From NCBI GenBank assembly GCA_008632985.1, contig QPGO01000003.1, forward strand, positions 682,001-746,000: a stretch of 64,000 nt of DNA. Direction: 5' to 3'. The stretch comes from Psammoneis japonica. Its lineage: Eukaryota. Within the stretch, counting starts at the first letter, position 1. Every line of letters starts with the position of its first letter. The position numbers were made by a program, and so were the translations under genes. Positions 63,884 through 64,000 of this stretch are shown one piece after another. The notes beneath the pieces were generated by a model. It made no database searches. It saw only the letters and a list, made by a program, of their open reading frames with translations, and was not told where the DNA came from.

Positions 63884-64000
63884 GGATCTTCTTGCTGCAT
63901 TTTGAATTTCTGGCAGCAGTGGCAACTGGAAACAAAGAAGCAGTGTTGGGGTGTGGGTGCGCGCAGAAAGAGGGGCAAGAGAAAAGGGCCAGGCTGCATC

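Larger units (their letters stand above)
58600..64000. other. Hypermutated domain 5 (runs off the window)
   Basis: TA is lost abruptly after about 58600. CG declines gradually over the next ~1 kb. Confidence 0.9.

Noticed and set aside
5520..64000. Hundreds of overlapping Cys/His-rich, Tyr-poor ORFs that could look like metal-binding proteins
   Set aside because: They are a by-product of TA depletion (few TAA/TAG stops) and CA/TG enrichment. They occur in all six frames with no coherent domains.
5520..64000. Classical fungal RIP as the cause
   Set aside because: RIP depletes CA/TG and creates TA; the pattern here is the reverse.
1..64000. tRNA or rRNA genes
   Set aside because: None recognised by eye; a tRNAscan-SE or Infernal run would be needed to exclude them.

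Overview
Eukaryotic nuclear DNA, most likely from a diatom (GT-AG introns, a chloroplast sensor kinase, a delta-carbonic anhydrase fragment, CoDi-type copia). Short gene islands of normal composition alternate with five large domains (about 5.5-24.6, 28.1-30.6, 31.6-33.2, 36.7-56.7 and 58.6-64 kb). The islands hold a CSK/Hik2 kinase, an N6-MTase-like gene, a signal-peptide-bearing H2A-H2B histone fusion, a flavin amine oxidase, an unknown gene, RNase H2C, a class-C GPCR and a protein kinase. The domains hold decayed transposons (copia, gypsy, LINE, MULE-like, Plavaka-like, a piggyBac-type MITE) and pseudogene fragments (Exo1/XPG, delta-CA, MetH, Crinkler-like). Main finding: in these domains both TpA and CpG have been converted to TpG/CpA on both strands. 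CpG loss is ordinary 5mC decay. The near-complete TpA->TpG/CpA conversion, apparently favouring TAY, runs opposite to fungal RIP. It shows directly in an intact gene versus its decayed paralog, and is consistent with the divergence of an LTR pair flanked by a perfect TSD. I infer a repeat-targeted A:T->G:C hypermutation process that I do not recognise as described. A second highlight is a putatively secreted, charge-reversed H2A-H2B fusion. All alignments and counts were done by eye and family assignments rest on motif recall; no database search was run.
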